A DNA stretch of 53,009 bases, taken from NCBI GenBank assembly GCA_036506675.1, contig DASXRJ010000059.1, positions 1-53,009 on the forward strand, in the 5' to 3' direction. Each line of letters opens with the position of its first letter. Position 1 is the first letter of the stretch. Made by a program: the position numbers and the translations under genes. The notes beneath the pieces were generated by a model. The model ran no database searches. It was given only the letters and a program-made list of their open reading frames with translations, and was not told where the DNA came from. The stretch is from Nocardioides sp. Lineage in GTDB: Bacteria > Actinomycetota > Actinomycetes > Propionibacteriales > Nocardioidaceae. Positions 1-10,522 of the stretch are shown here, in pieces.

Positions 1-85
1 CGTCCTGGCCGGCCTCGGCGAGGCGCCAGGCGGCGGTCAGCCCGGTCACCCCGGCGCCGACGATGATGGTGTCGTAGCTGCTCAT
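1..85 (-). CDS. FAD-dependent oxidoreductase (amine oxidase-like), 5' end only; runs off the window
   Basis: Own translation from ATG at 85: MSSYDTIIVGAGVTGLTAAWRLAEAGQD, a GxGxxG dinucleotide-binding start. Confidence 0.75.
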   Translation of the reverse strand, partial: MSSYDTIIVGAGVTGLTAAWRLAEAGQD

Positions 86-99
86 TTCCGGTCATCCTC

Positions 100-144
100 T
101 TATTGGTCACGTGCTCAATTGCTTGTTGGTTGTGAAGTCAATAA
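100..144. promoter_or_regulatory. Two tandem imperfect palindromes, consensus TTATTG-N10-CAATAA; probable TetR operators of the divergon
   Basis: ttattg-gtcacgtgct-caattg (100-121) and ttgttg-gttgtgaagt-caataa (123-144); the second overlaps -10 TAACAT (142-147). Confidence 0.6.
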
Positions 145-154
145 CATTCGGCTG

Positions 155-781
155 GTGACGTCAAGCCCACAGCCCAAGGTCCGGGTACGCCGTACCGCCG
201 AGAACCGCCGCGCGGAGATCGTCGACTGCGCCCGACGCATCGCGCTCTCCCAGGGCCTCGACCACGTCACGCTCCGGAGCGTCGCCGACGACCTGGGCGT
301 CACCGGCGGGCTGGTCAGCCACTACTTCCCCGCGGTCGACGGCCTGCTCGCGGAGGCGTTCGGGGTCGCCGCCGCAGCCGAGTGCGACGAGACGTTCGCG
401 GAGCTCGAAGCGATCGACTCGTCGCGCGAGCGGCTCGCGACGCTGCTGCAGCGCCTGGTCGACTCCACCCGCGGCGACCTCAGCAACCTGTGGATCGACG
501 CCTGGCACGCCGCCAAGAGGCGGCCCGCCCTCGCCGACGAGGTGGAGCGCCAGACCGAGCAGTGGGTCGACCGCCTCGCGGAGCTGCTCGAGCAGGGTCG
601 CGACGAGGGCCAGTTCCACACCGGCGACCCGCGTACGACGGCGCTCCGGATCATGGCGGTCATCGACGGACTGAGCGTGCAGGTCACCCAGCGCGGCACG
701 ATCGACTACGAGTCCGTGGCCCAGCTGGCGTTCCGCATCGCCGAGATCGAGCTCGGCCTCGCGCCGGGCACGCTGGACTGA
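155..781 (+). CDS. TetR-family regulator (BetI-like C-terminal domain)
   Basis: HTH 'GLDHVTLRSVADDLGVTGGLVSHYF'; C-terminal 'IMAVIDGL'; GTG start 7 nt after TAACAT. Confidence 0.9.
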   Translation: MTSSPQPKVRVRRTAENRRAEIVDCARRIALSQGLDHVTLRSVADDLGVTGGLVSHYFPAVDGLLAEAFGVAAAAECDETFAELEAIDSSRERLATLLQRLVDSTRGDLSNLWIDAWHAAKRRPALADEVERQTEQWVDRLAELLEQGRDEGQFHTGDPRTTALRIMAVIDGLSVQVTQRGTIDYESVAQLAFRIAEIELGLAPGTLD

Positions 782-929
782 CCGGTCCTCAGCGTTCTCA
801 ACCGCACGACGCTCAGGCGTGCTGCCAGCACGTGCGTGGTGGCGCGGAGAAGATCGCTGTGCTGGCGCCGACGCGCGCCGGCTCCTGCCACGCGACCGTG
901 GAGGTGTCCAGCACACCTGAGGAGGCACC

Positions 930-1667
930 ATGACCACCAGCGTTCCGTCCGCCGACGAGGCCCGGGACCCGTTCGCACGAACCGCTTCGACGCGCCGGGT
1001 TGGGCTCGCCCTCGCCATGCTCGTCGCGCCTTGGCTCATCGTCGTCGCCGAGACCGCGCACGCGCTGACCAACCCACACGGCAAGGACGACATCGATCCC
1101 GCGGTGGGCCTCGCCCTCACGGCCGATCACCTGACCGTCACGCGTTGGGCGAGCCTGGCGGCCATGCTCGGCGCGCTCCTGCTCGTGCCGGCCGTGCTCG
1201 GGGTGATGCGCCTGGTTCGCACCCGTGCCGCGCGGCTCGGCCTCGTCGGCGGCGTACTCACGGCGACCGGCTACGTCTGCTACTTCGCACTGGTCCTCCA
1301 GGGGGCGTTCACGTCGGCCGCGATGGTCACGGTCGGCGGATCGAGGAGCCAGGACATCGACGTACTCCAGGTGTTCAACGACGATCGGCTCGGTGCGATG
1401 TGGGTCGGTCCGCTGTTCGTCCTGGGCAACATCGTCGGCACGTTCCTGCTCGGCCTGGCACTGGTCCGGGCCCGGACCGCGGGGCGTCTGGCCGGTTACG
1501 GGGTGATGGCCTGGGCGGTGCTGCACGTGCTGAGCTTCAGCCCGTTCGTCGAGGTAGTCGCTGCGGTCGCGCAGGCGGTGGGCTTCGCGCTGGCCGCGGT
1601 GGCGCTGCTGCGCGGGGCCGGCCGGACCCACGACGTACCGGAGCCCTACGAGCTGTTGCGCAGGTAG
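930..1667 (+). CDS. Integral membrane protein (about 6-7 TM), probable target of the adjacent two-component system
   Basis: RBS gaggagg; several hydrophobic segments. Confidence 0.8.
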   Translation: MTTSVPSADEARDPFARTASTRRVGLALAMLVAPWLIVVAETAHALTNPHGKDDIDPAVGLALTADHLTVTRWASLAAMLGALLLVPAVLGVMRLVRTRAARLGLVGGVLTATGYVCYFALVLQGAFTSAAMVTVGGSRSQDIDVLQVFNDDRLGAMWVGPLFVLGNIVGTFLLGLALVRARTAGRLAGYGVMAWAVLHVLSFSPFVEVVAAVAQAVGFALAAVALLRGAGRTHDVPEPYELLRR

Positions 1668-2290
1668 GCCAGCACAGCGAGGACGCGGCGGTGGTCGTCG
1701 TCGGAGTCGTACAGCCCGAGCTTGACGAAGATGTGGCGGACATGGGTCTCCACGGTGCGCTCGGTGGTGTGCAGCCGGCGCGCCGTCGCCGCGTTCGAGC
1801 GACCCTCCGCGAGGAGCGCCAGCACCTCGCGCTCCCGCTCGGTGAGCTGAGCGAAGGCCGGCTCGGGACGCATCGGAGCCAGGAGCGACGCCACCACCTC
1901 GGGATCGAGCGCCGAACCACCGGCGGCTACCCGGCGCAGGGCATCGAGGAAGTCGTCGAGGTCGAGGATCCGATCCTTGAGCAGGTAGCCGAACGCCCCC
2001 GTCGACACCAGTTCGGTCGACTGCGTCGTCTCGACGTGCTGCGACAGCAGCACCACCGGGAGCTTCGGTCGTACGGCGCGCAGCTCTCGGGCTGCCCGGG
2101 CCCCGTCGTCGGTCATCGTGGGCGGCATCCGCACGTCGGTGACGAGCAGGTCCGGATCGTGCTCGAGCACCGCCGCCACCACCGCCGGCCCGTCCGCGAC
2201 CCGCGCGACGACCTCATGGCCGGCCTGCTCGAGCAGCAGCGCCAGCCCCTCCCGCACCACGGCGGAGTCCTCACCGATCACGATCCGCAC
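1646..2290 (-). CDS. NarL/LuxR-family response regulator
   Basis: REC 'IGEDS...TDVRMPP...YLLK'; HTH 'LTEREREVLALLAEGRSN...TVETHV'. Confidence 0.95.
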   Translation of the reverse strand: MRIVIGEDSAVVREGLALLLEQAGHEVVARVADGPAVVAAVLEHDPDLLVTDVRMPPTMTDDGARAARELRAVRPKLPVVLLSQHVETTQSTELVSTGAFGYLLKDRILDLDDFLDALRRVAAGGSALDPEVVASLLAPMRPEPAFAQLTEREREVLALLAEGRSNAATARRLHTTERTVETHVRHIFVKLGLYDSDDDHRRVLAVLAYLRNSS

Positions 2291-4149
2291 GGCAGCCTCG
2301 CCTCCACCCGGGTGCCGTTGCCTGGGGCGCTGGTCACCACCAGGTCACCTCCGCTCGCGGCGACCCGGTCCCGCAGGCCCGCCAGGCCCGAGCCCGGGCG
2401 CTCGCTGGCGCCGCCGCAGCCGTCGTCGGAGACCATCACCTGCAGGGTCGCATCCCGGCGGGTGATGTCGATGGCCACGGTGGTCGGCGCGGCGTGCTTG
2501 AGCGCGTTGGCGAGCGCCTCCGCAGCGACGTAGTACGCCGTCGTGGCCACCGCGTTGGTCACCGGATCGGTCGTCACCTGCACACTCACCGGGATCGGGC
2601 TGTTGCGCACGAGTGACCGGATGGCCGCGGGCAGGCCCTCGTCCAGGCCACGCGGCCGCACACCCCCGGCCAGCCCGCGCAGCTCGACCACGGCCTCCCG
2701 CAGGTCTCGGACCGCAGCGGCGAGCACCGGCCGCATCGGGTCGTCCGCGGCGGCTCGCTGCTGGGCCAGCTGGAGCGACATCCCGATCGCGACCAGCCGC
2801 TGCTGGGCGCCATCGTGCAGGTCACGCTCAAGCCGGCGACGCTCGGCGTCGGTGGCCTCGACGATGCGCGCTCGAGACGCCCTGGTCTCGGCCAGCGCCT
2901 GCCGCAACGCGATCCGCGAGTGCGCCAGCTCCAGAGGGAGATGGGCCCGGCGCAGCGCCTCCCGGAGCAGCCGCGGTCGGCGCGCGGCACCGTCGTACGC
3001 GATGCAGGCCAGCAGCCGACCGGCCACGGCCACCTCAAGGAACACGGCCTCGGGGTGCCCGGAAGGTGAACCGTCGCCGGCGTACCAGGTGTCGTCGTCG
3101 GACGCCGACCTGTACACCACCCGCAGCGCTGGGTCGTGCAGCGCCTGCTGCAGGGCACCCTCGATCTGCTCGGGGTCGGCTCGACCATCGCGAATCTCGT
3201 CGAGGAACCGGTCGAGCCGGGCCAGCGCGTCGCGACGGCCGCGGTCGAATCGCGCGTCCACCACCGCCTGGACGCGCCGCCGCAGCAGTCCGAACAAGAC
3301 CGCGGACACCAGCGTCGCCGCCGCGACCGCGACGTCGGAGCCGCGGCCCACCACCGCACCACCGACGACGGTGACGGTGGCGAACACGGCAACCAGGCCG
3401 CCGGTCAGGACGATGTAGCCGAACGCTCGACTGACCACCGTGTCGACGTCGAACAGGTCGTGGCGCAGTACGCCGATCGCCACACTGACCGGGAGGCTGA
3501 CGTAGACCAGCAACAAGCCCACCACGACGACGACCCCGGCGACATCGGTCAACAGATAGGTCGCCCAGGCCGCCACGAGCACTGCGGGCAGCAGCATGAT
3601 GCTCAACAGGAACCACTTCAGCTGGCGACGTACCACCTCGTCGCCACGGCGGAACCGCGCGACGACGTGGGCCGCCGAACCAACCAGCAGGCCAAGGAGG
3701 AGCCCGAGCGAACCGACGCCGAGAACCGCGTTGACCCAGTTGGGCACATCGAGCGGCGGCGTACCGGCTATCTGGTCGGGCCCGCTGCCATAGGTGCCGG
3801 GGTCGAGGGCAACAGCCACATGGAAGGTGAGCAGGAAGACGGCCCACCCCGCCGGGAGCACCCACCAGCCGCGGCCCAACCGGCCGTCGGGGAGGTACGC
3901 CGCGAGCAGGGCCGGCGGAAGGTAGAGCCACACCCATCCCGCCACGGACATGACCGCAAGGACGAGCGCCAGGCCGTGTGGCGGAGAGCCGGTCGCCTGG
4001 CTGTGCGGGCTCAGCAGCGTGAGCGGCAGCAGGCCGAGCGCGACCAGCAGCACCCCGACGATCCGGGGACCGCGGGCGAACACCAGCGCCCCGAGCAGGA
4101 CGCCCGGAGCACCCGCGGCCACCGCCAGGGCGACCTGCCAGCCGGTCAT
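2278..4149 (-). CDS. Multi-TM sensor histidine kinase (HisKA_3)
   Basis: 'ERDLHDGAQQRL' H-box, 'EALANALKHA' N-box, 'DDGCGG' and 'GSGL' G-boxes. Confidence 0.95.
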   Translation of the reverse strand: MTGWQVALAVAAGAPGVLLGALVFARGPRIVGVLLVALGLLPLTLLSPHSQATGSPPHGLALVLAVMSVAGWVWLYLPPALLAAYLPDGRLGRGWWVLPAGWAVFLLTFHVAVALDPGTYGSGPDQIAGTPPLDVPNWVNAVLGVGSLGLLLGLLVGSAAHVVARFRRGDEVVRRQLKWFLLSIMLLPAVLVAAWATYLLTDVAGVVVVVGLLLVYVSLPVSVAIGVLRHDLFDVDTVVSRAFGYIVLTGGLVAVFATVTVVGGAVVGRGSDVAVAAATLVSAVLFGLLRRRVQAVVDARFDRGRRDALARLDRFLDEIRDGRADPEQIEGALQQALHDPALRVVYRSASDDDTWYAGDGSPSGHPEAVFLEVAVAGRLLACIAYDGAARRPRLLREALRRAHLPLELAHSRIALRQALAETRASRARIVEATDAERRRLERDLHDGAQQRLVAIGMSLQLAQQRAAADDPMRPVLAAAVRDLREAVVELRGLAGGVRPRGLDEGLPAAIRSLVRNSPIPVSVQVTTDPVTNAVATTAYYVAAEALANALKHAAPTTVAIDITRRDATLQVMVSDDGCGGASERPGSGLAGLRDRVAASGGDLVVTSAPGNGTRVEARLPCGS

Positions 4150-4281
4150 CGCCTCACCGCCCGCCTACCGCGCGATCCACGACACCCCCGAACCGGCGAG
4201 TGTCGACTCGGGCCCATGATCCCGCATTGGGGACCGACCGTCGTGCGTGCTGGCACGGACTCAGCTCACACTCGTCGAAGG

Positions 4282-4683
4282 TCAGCGAATCCCTGTGTCG
4301 CAGGGAATGTCGACCTTCGAGTAGGCGCCGGCGGCAACTCGTGCGTCCATCAGCTCGCACGACATGCCGGCGTCGGCCGTCACGACGTACTTTCCCGGTG
4401 CCACGGAGACGCGGTACCTGCCGTCGGCGTCGGTCATGGTGCGCGCGACCACCTCACCACGGGCATATGAGTCGCCGGGAAGCTGCTTGGCAACGGTGAC
4501 CCTCGAGCCAGCCGCCGGCTCGTCCGGGCATGGGTCACCCTCGGTCTCGACAGGGCACTGCGGCCCCAGGTAGACCCGGCCAGCCACCCCCGACTGGTCG
4601 AGGGTCGTCCCAGGGCCCTGGTCGCCGCAACCGGCGAGAAATGACACGGCCAAGGTGATGGTGAGTACGCCTCCTACGCGCAT
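4282..4683 (-). CDS. Small lipoprotein with a carboxypeptidase-regulatory-like beta-sandwich
   Basis: Lipobox 'FLAGC'; 'TDADGRYRVSVAPGKY'; start chosen at ATG 4683. Confidence 0.75.
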   Translation of the reverse strand: MRVGGVLTITLAVSFLAGCGDQGPGTTLDQSGVAGRVYLGPQCPVETEGDPCPDEPAAGSRVTVAKQLPGDSYARGEVVARTMTDADGRYRVSVAPGKYVVTADAGMSCELMDARVAAGAYSKVDIPCDTGIR

Positions 4684-4807
4684 GTGGATGAGACGTTCAG
4701 GCACGCACCCGCGTTCCACAGTCCAGGTCCGTGACGGCGGCAACCCATCGCCTGTCGTGCCGTGCACCGACATCCGCGAGCCAACGGCATCACTCGTTGT
4801 CTCCTGC

Positions 4808-6022
4808 TCAGGCGTGGTCGCGGAGGTACCTGCCGAAGTGCGGGACGGTGAAGGCGATCCGGCCGCGTTCGCCGGAGTAGATCAGGCCCTTCTTGAGCAG
4901 GGAGTCGCGGGCCGGCGAGAGCGACTGGGGCTTCTTGCCGAGGGCGGCCGCGACGTCGGCGGTCGGGACCGAGCCGATGTCGTCGAGCTCGTCCTCGCCG
5001 CGGGCCGCGATCGCGACGGCGACGTCGGACATGGCGCGCAGGTAGTCGCGCTCTCCGGGCGTCGCGCGCTCGTAGCGGCTGCCGAAGAACCCGACCGCGA
5101 GCTCCGACTCCGCCTCCGGCGAGGCCACCTTGACGTCGTGAGCGGTGATCGGCGACTGCGGCGCGAGGTCCCACACCGACTTGCCGTAGGCCTGGATGAA
5201 GTAGGGGTAGCCACCCGTGGCGGCGTACATGGCGTCGAGCGCGTCGTCGGTGAACCCCGCGCCCTCGTCCTGCGCCGGTACGCCGAGCGCCAGGTCGGCC
5301 GCCTCTCGGGCCAGCCGGTCGATCCGCTGGTAGCGGAAGAGCCGCTCGGAGTAGGACTTGCTCGCGCTCAGCACCGCCGGCAGGTGCGGCAGCCCGGCCC
5401 CGACCACGATCACCGGCAGCCCCGACTGGCTGATCTCGTGGCACGCCGCACACATCGCCGACACGTCGTCCGGCCCGAGGTCCTGCATCTCGTCGACGAA
5501 GACGCCGACGCCCTTACCCACGTCGGCCGCCAGCCCGCCGACATCGGTGAACAGCTCGACCAGGTCGATCTCGATGTCGCCGGAGTCGGCCCGCCCCTTC
5601 GCCGCAGGTACGTCGATCCCCGGGCTCCACTGCTCCTTCAGCTTGGCGTTGGGACCCGCGTCGCGCTGCGCGAAGGCCCGGATGACGCCGAGTACCTGAT
5701 CGACCGAGTCGGCGTCCGGATGCCCCAGCTCGCGAACCGCCTGGTGCAACGCGCTCGACAGCGGCCGGCGTAGTCCCTGGTCGGGGCGCGCCTCCAGCTT
5801 GCCCGTGCCCCACCCCTTGCGTACGGCGGCCGAACGCAGCGCGTTGAGCAGCACCGTCTTGCCGACCCCGCGCAGCCCGGTCAGCACCAGCGACCGTTCC
5901 GGGCGGCTCCGCGCCACCCTCTCGAGTACGACGTCGAACGCGCGCAGCTGCTCGTCTCGCCCGGCCAGCTCCGGCGGGCGCTGGCCGGCGCCGGGAGCGT
6001 AGGGGTTCCGGATCGGGTCCAC
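4808..6022 (-). CDS. Conserved actinobacterial AAA+ ATPase (AAA_16-like) with C-terminal winged helix
   Basis: 'NPYAPGAG', Walker A 'GLRGVGKT', Walker B 'VFVDEMQ', 'TGGYPYFIQ'. Confidence 0.9.
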   Translation of the reverse strand: MDPIRNPYAPGAGQRPPELAGRDEQLRAFDVVLERVARSRPERSLVLTGLRGVGKTVLLNALRSAAVRKGWGTGKLEARPDQGLRRPLSSALHQAVRELGHPDADSVDQVLGVIRAFAQRDAGPNAKLKEQWSPGIDVPAAKGRADSGDIEIDLVELFTDVGGLAADVGKGVGVFVDEMQDLGPDDVSAMCAACHEISQSGLPVIVVGAGLPHLPAVLSASKSYSERLFRYQRIDRLAREAADLALGVPAQDEGAGFTDDALDAMYAATGGYPYFIQAYGKSVWDLAPQSPITAHDVKVASPEAESELAVGFFGSRYERATPGERDYLRAMSDVAVAIAARGEDELDDIGSVPTADVAAALGKKPQSLSPARDSLLKKGLIYSGERGRIAFTVPHFGRYLRDHA

Positions 6023-6150
6023 GATTCGACGGTATCGGCGTGTCTAGCCCGACTCGTAGATTTGGCTAGCGAAGGCGAGCGTGTCGCGGCGATCTCTGGG
6101 CACTGCACACCCATGAGCGGCCTGCTGCTCGCCTGACGCCGGCGCCCCTC

Positions 6151-7185
6151 TCACGCGCTGCGGCGGCGTACCAACGTCGGCGCGAAGATCACCCGTCGCG
6201 GCGACGCGGTGCCGTCGAGCTGGTCGGCGAGCAGTCGGGCGGCCTCCTCGGCCATCTCGGCGATCGGGTTGCGCATCGTGGTGAGGGGCGGGTCGGTGTG
6301 CTCGGCGATGCCGAGGTCGTCGTACCCGGTGATGGCGACGTCGGTCGGGACCCGCCGGCCGTGCGCGGCGAGGACGCGCAGGGCGCCGGACGCCATCAGG
6401 TCGGACGCGACGGCGATCCCGTCGAGGTCCGGGTGGGCCGCGAGCAGGGCGGTGCACGCGGCCACTCCGCTCTCCTCGGTGAAGTCGCCGTGGACGATCG
6501 CCTCGGTCGGGAGGCCGGCCGCGATCATCGCCGCTCGCCAGCCCTCGAGCCGGTCGATGCCGGCGCTCATGTCGGCTGGCCCCGCGATCGTGCCGATCCG
6601 GCGGCAGCCCCGGTCGATGAGCACCTGCGTGGCCTCGCGACCGCCGGCGACGTTGTCGGTGTCGACGTAGGAGACCCGGTCGACGGCGCTCCACGGCCGC
6701 CCGACGAACGCGCACGGCAGCCCGAGCGCGGCGAGGTGGTCGGCCAGGCTGTCGCTGCGGTGGTGCGAGACGACGATCGTGCCGTCGACGTGCCGGCCCC
6801 GCAGGTAGCGGAGCATCCGCTCCTCCTCGTCGCCCGGCCTCGCGATCAGCAGGACCACCTGCAGGTCGCGCTCGGAGAGCACCCGGGTGACGACGTGGAG
6901 CGTGCGCGCGAAGAACGGGTCGGTGAAGACCCGCTCATCCGGCTCGGGTACGACGAGCGCGACCGAGTCCGTCCGACGGGTCACCAGCGACCGGGCGGCC
7001 GGGTTGGGGGTGTAGCCGAGTCGGCGTACGGCCTCGTCGACGGCCTGCTGCGCGCGGGCGCTGACCTTGGTGCCGCCGTTGATGGCGCGCGAGGCGGTCG
7101 CCCGGCTCACCCCGGCGAGCTTGGCCACCTCCTCCAGCGTCGGCGAGCCACCGTGACTCTCGCTCCGGTCGGTGCCGGTCGTCAC
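6151..7185 (-). CDS. cebR: LacI-family repressor (CebR/CelR-like)
   Basis: 'TLEEVAKLAGVSRATASR', 'YTPNPAARSL'; last gene of an operon carrying CebR boxes. Confidence 0.9.
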   Translation of the reverse strand: MTTGTDRSESHGGSPTLEEVAKLAGVSRATASRAINGGTKVSARAQQAVDEAVRRLGYTPNPAARSLVTRRTDSVALVVPEPDERVFTDPFFARTLHVVTRVLSERDLQVVLLIARPGDEEERMLRYLRGRHVDGTIVVSHHRSDSLADHLAALGLPCAFVGRPWSAVDRVSYVDTDNVAGGREATQVLIDRGCRRIGTIAGPADMSAGIDRLEGWRAAMIAAGLPTEAIVHGDFTEESGVAACTALLAAHPDLDGIAVASDLMASGALRVLAAHGRRVPTDVAITGYDDLGIAEHTDPPLTTMRNPIAEMAEEAARLLADQLDGTASPRRVIFAPTLVRRRSA

Positions 7186-7189
7186 CCAC

Positions 7190-8637
<1,448 letters not shown>

Positions 8638-8641
<4 letters not shown>

Positions 8642-9468
8642 CCCTTGACGGCTCCTTGCATGATGCCGGAGACCAGCTGGCGCCCGGTCGCGATGAACAG
8701 GAGGAGAAGCGGCACGGTGGCCAAGATGGTGCCGGCCTGCAGCAGGGCCACGTCGCTGAGCCCTTGGCCGGGCGCGATCTTGAGCTGGTCCAGCGCCGTC
8801 TGCAGGGTCTGCACGTCCGATCCCTGCAGGACGAGTAGCGGCCACATGAAGTCCGTCCAGACCTGCATGAACGTGAACAGGCCGAGGATCGCCATCGCGG
8901 GCCGGGCCGCCGGCACGGCGACGGTCCAGAAGATGCGGATCATCGTGCAGCCGTCGACGCGGGCCGCGTCGATGAGCTCGTCGGGGATCGCGTCGACGAG
9001 GTACTGCCGCATGAAGAACACACCGAAGGCCGTCACCAGCCACGGCAGGATCACCGCGGACCGGGTGCCTGCCAGGCCGAGGTTGCTGAACTCCTTCAGC
9101 AACGGGATCAGCGCCAGCTGGGTCGGCACCGCCATGGTGAGGACGACGAAGACCATGAGCGCGTTGCTGCCGCGGAAGCGGAGCTTGGCGAACGCGTAGC
9201 CGGCGAGGGTCGAGAAGAACACCACCGAGGCCGCCGAGATCCCCGAGACGAGGACCGAGTTCAGCAGCGCCGACCAGAAGTCGATCCGGTCGAAGACGCG
9301 GTGGGCGTTCTCGAAGAAGTGGCCGCCGGGCACCAGCGGGGGCGGCGGCTGGGTGGCCCGCTGCTTGGTCACCGACCCGATCACGAACGACCAGTAGAGC
9401 GGGAACGCCGAGCCCGCGAAGAAGGCGGCGAGCAGGCCGTAGACGAGGAAGCCGGGCCGGCGGGTCAC
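8638..9468 (-). CDS. Carbohydrate ABC permease (CebG-like)
   Basis: EAA loop 'ELIDAARVDG'; GTG start overlaps the upstream TGA. Confidence 0.92.
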
Positions 9469-10496
9469 CGCGACCTCCTCCTTTGTACGGCGCGGGTCAG
9501 CAGGAAGTTGACCAGCGCGATGGTCACGATGACCAGGAAGAGGATCCAGGCCGCCGCGGCCGCCCGCGGGTAAGGGTCGGTCGAGCTGTTGGCGGTGTTG
9601 AAGACGTACATGGTGAGCGTCTGGTACTGGTAGTCGGCCCCGCCCTGGTGCTGCAGGTTGGTGTCGAAGAGCCGCGGCTCGGTGAAGATCTGCAGGCCGC
9701 CGATCGTCGAGGTCACGATGACGAAGAGCATCGTCAGCCGGATCGACGGCAGCGTGACGTGGCGGAACTCCTGCACCCGCCCCGCGCCGTCCATCACGGC
9801 GGACTCGTAGAGGTCGCGCGGGACCGCCTGCATAGCGGCCAGGATGATCAGGGCGTTGTAGCCGGTCCAGCGCCAGTTGACCATGCTCGCGATCGCGACC
9901 CAGCTGGCCAGACGGTTGGAGTGCCACTCCACGGCGTGCAGGCCGAGGTTGTCGAGCAGCTGGTTGACCAGGCCGGTCTGGTCGGCGAAGAGCGCGCCGA
10001 AGATCAGCGCGGCCGCCGCCGGCGCGACCACGAACGGCAGCAGCACGCTCATCCGCCACCACGAGCGGCCGCGCAGGTTGGTGTCGAGCCACGCCGCGAC
10101 GACCGTCGCGACCACGATCTGCGGGCCCGAGGAGAGCAGGAAGATCCCGATCGTGTTCCAGAGAGCCTTGCGGAAGACGGGGTCCCGCAGCACGTGCGCG
10201 TAGTTGGCCCAGCCCACCGCGTCGCCGTGAGTGGCGCCGAAGCGCGGCCACGAGAAGAAGGACAGGTAGCCGGTGTAGATCATCGGGTAGAGCCCGATGA
10301 CGGCGAAGACGAGGAAGAACGGCAGGACGTAGAGGTACGGCGACACCTTCACGTCCCAGCGCGAGAGTCGCTGGCGGAAGGTCGGGCGCGCCGGCGTACT
10401 CGGCCCTCTGCCTTGCGCCGTCCGGCGGCCGCCGCGCTCCTTCGGGGACGCCGGCTGGGCGGCGTCCCCGACGGAGGCGGGCGCGTTGCTGGTCAT
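9465..10496 (-). CDS. Carbohydrate ABC permease (CebF-like)
   Basis: 'LYESAVMDGA' EAA loop; TM segments. Confidence 0.92.
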   Translation of the reverse strand: MTSNAPASVGDAAQPASPKERGGRRTAQGRGPSTPARPTFRQRLSRWDVKVSPYLYVLPFFLVFAVIGLYPMIYTGYLSFFSWPRFGATHGDAVGWANYAHVLRDPVFRKALWNTIGIFLLSSGPQIVVATVVAAWLDTNLRGRSWWRMSVLLPFVVAPAAAALIFGALFADQTGLVNQLLDNLGLHAVEWHSNRLASWVAIASMVNWRWTGYNALIILAAMQAVPRDLYESAVMDGAGRVQEFRHVTLPSIRLTMLFVIVTSTIGGLQIFTEPRLFDTNLQHQGGADYQYQTLTMYVFNTANSSTDPYPRAAAAAWILFLVIVTIALVNFLLTRAVQRRRSR

Positions 10497-10522
10497 GGAC
10501 TCGGGCGGTCCGTGGTCCGGTC

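Noticed and set aside
4808-6022. TnsC/IstB or STAND defence ATPase
   Set aside because: There is no transposase, effector or TPR domain, and codon style is native.
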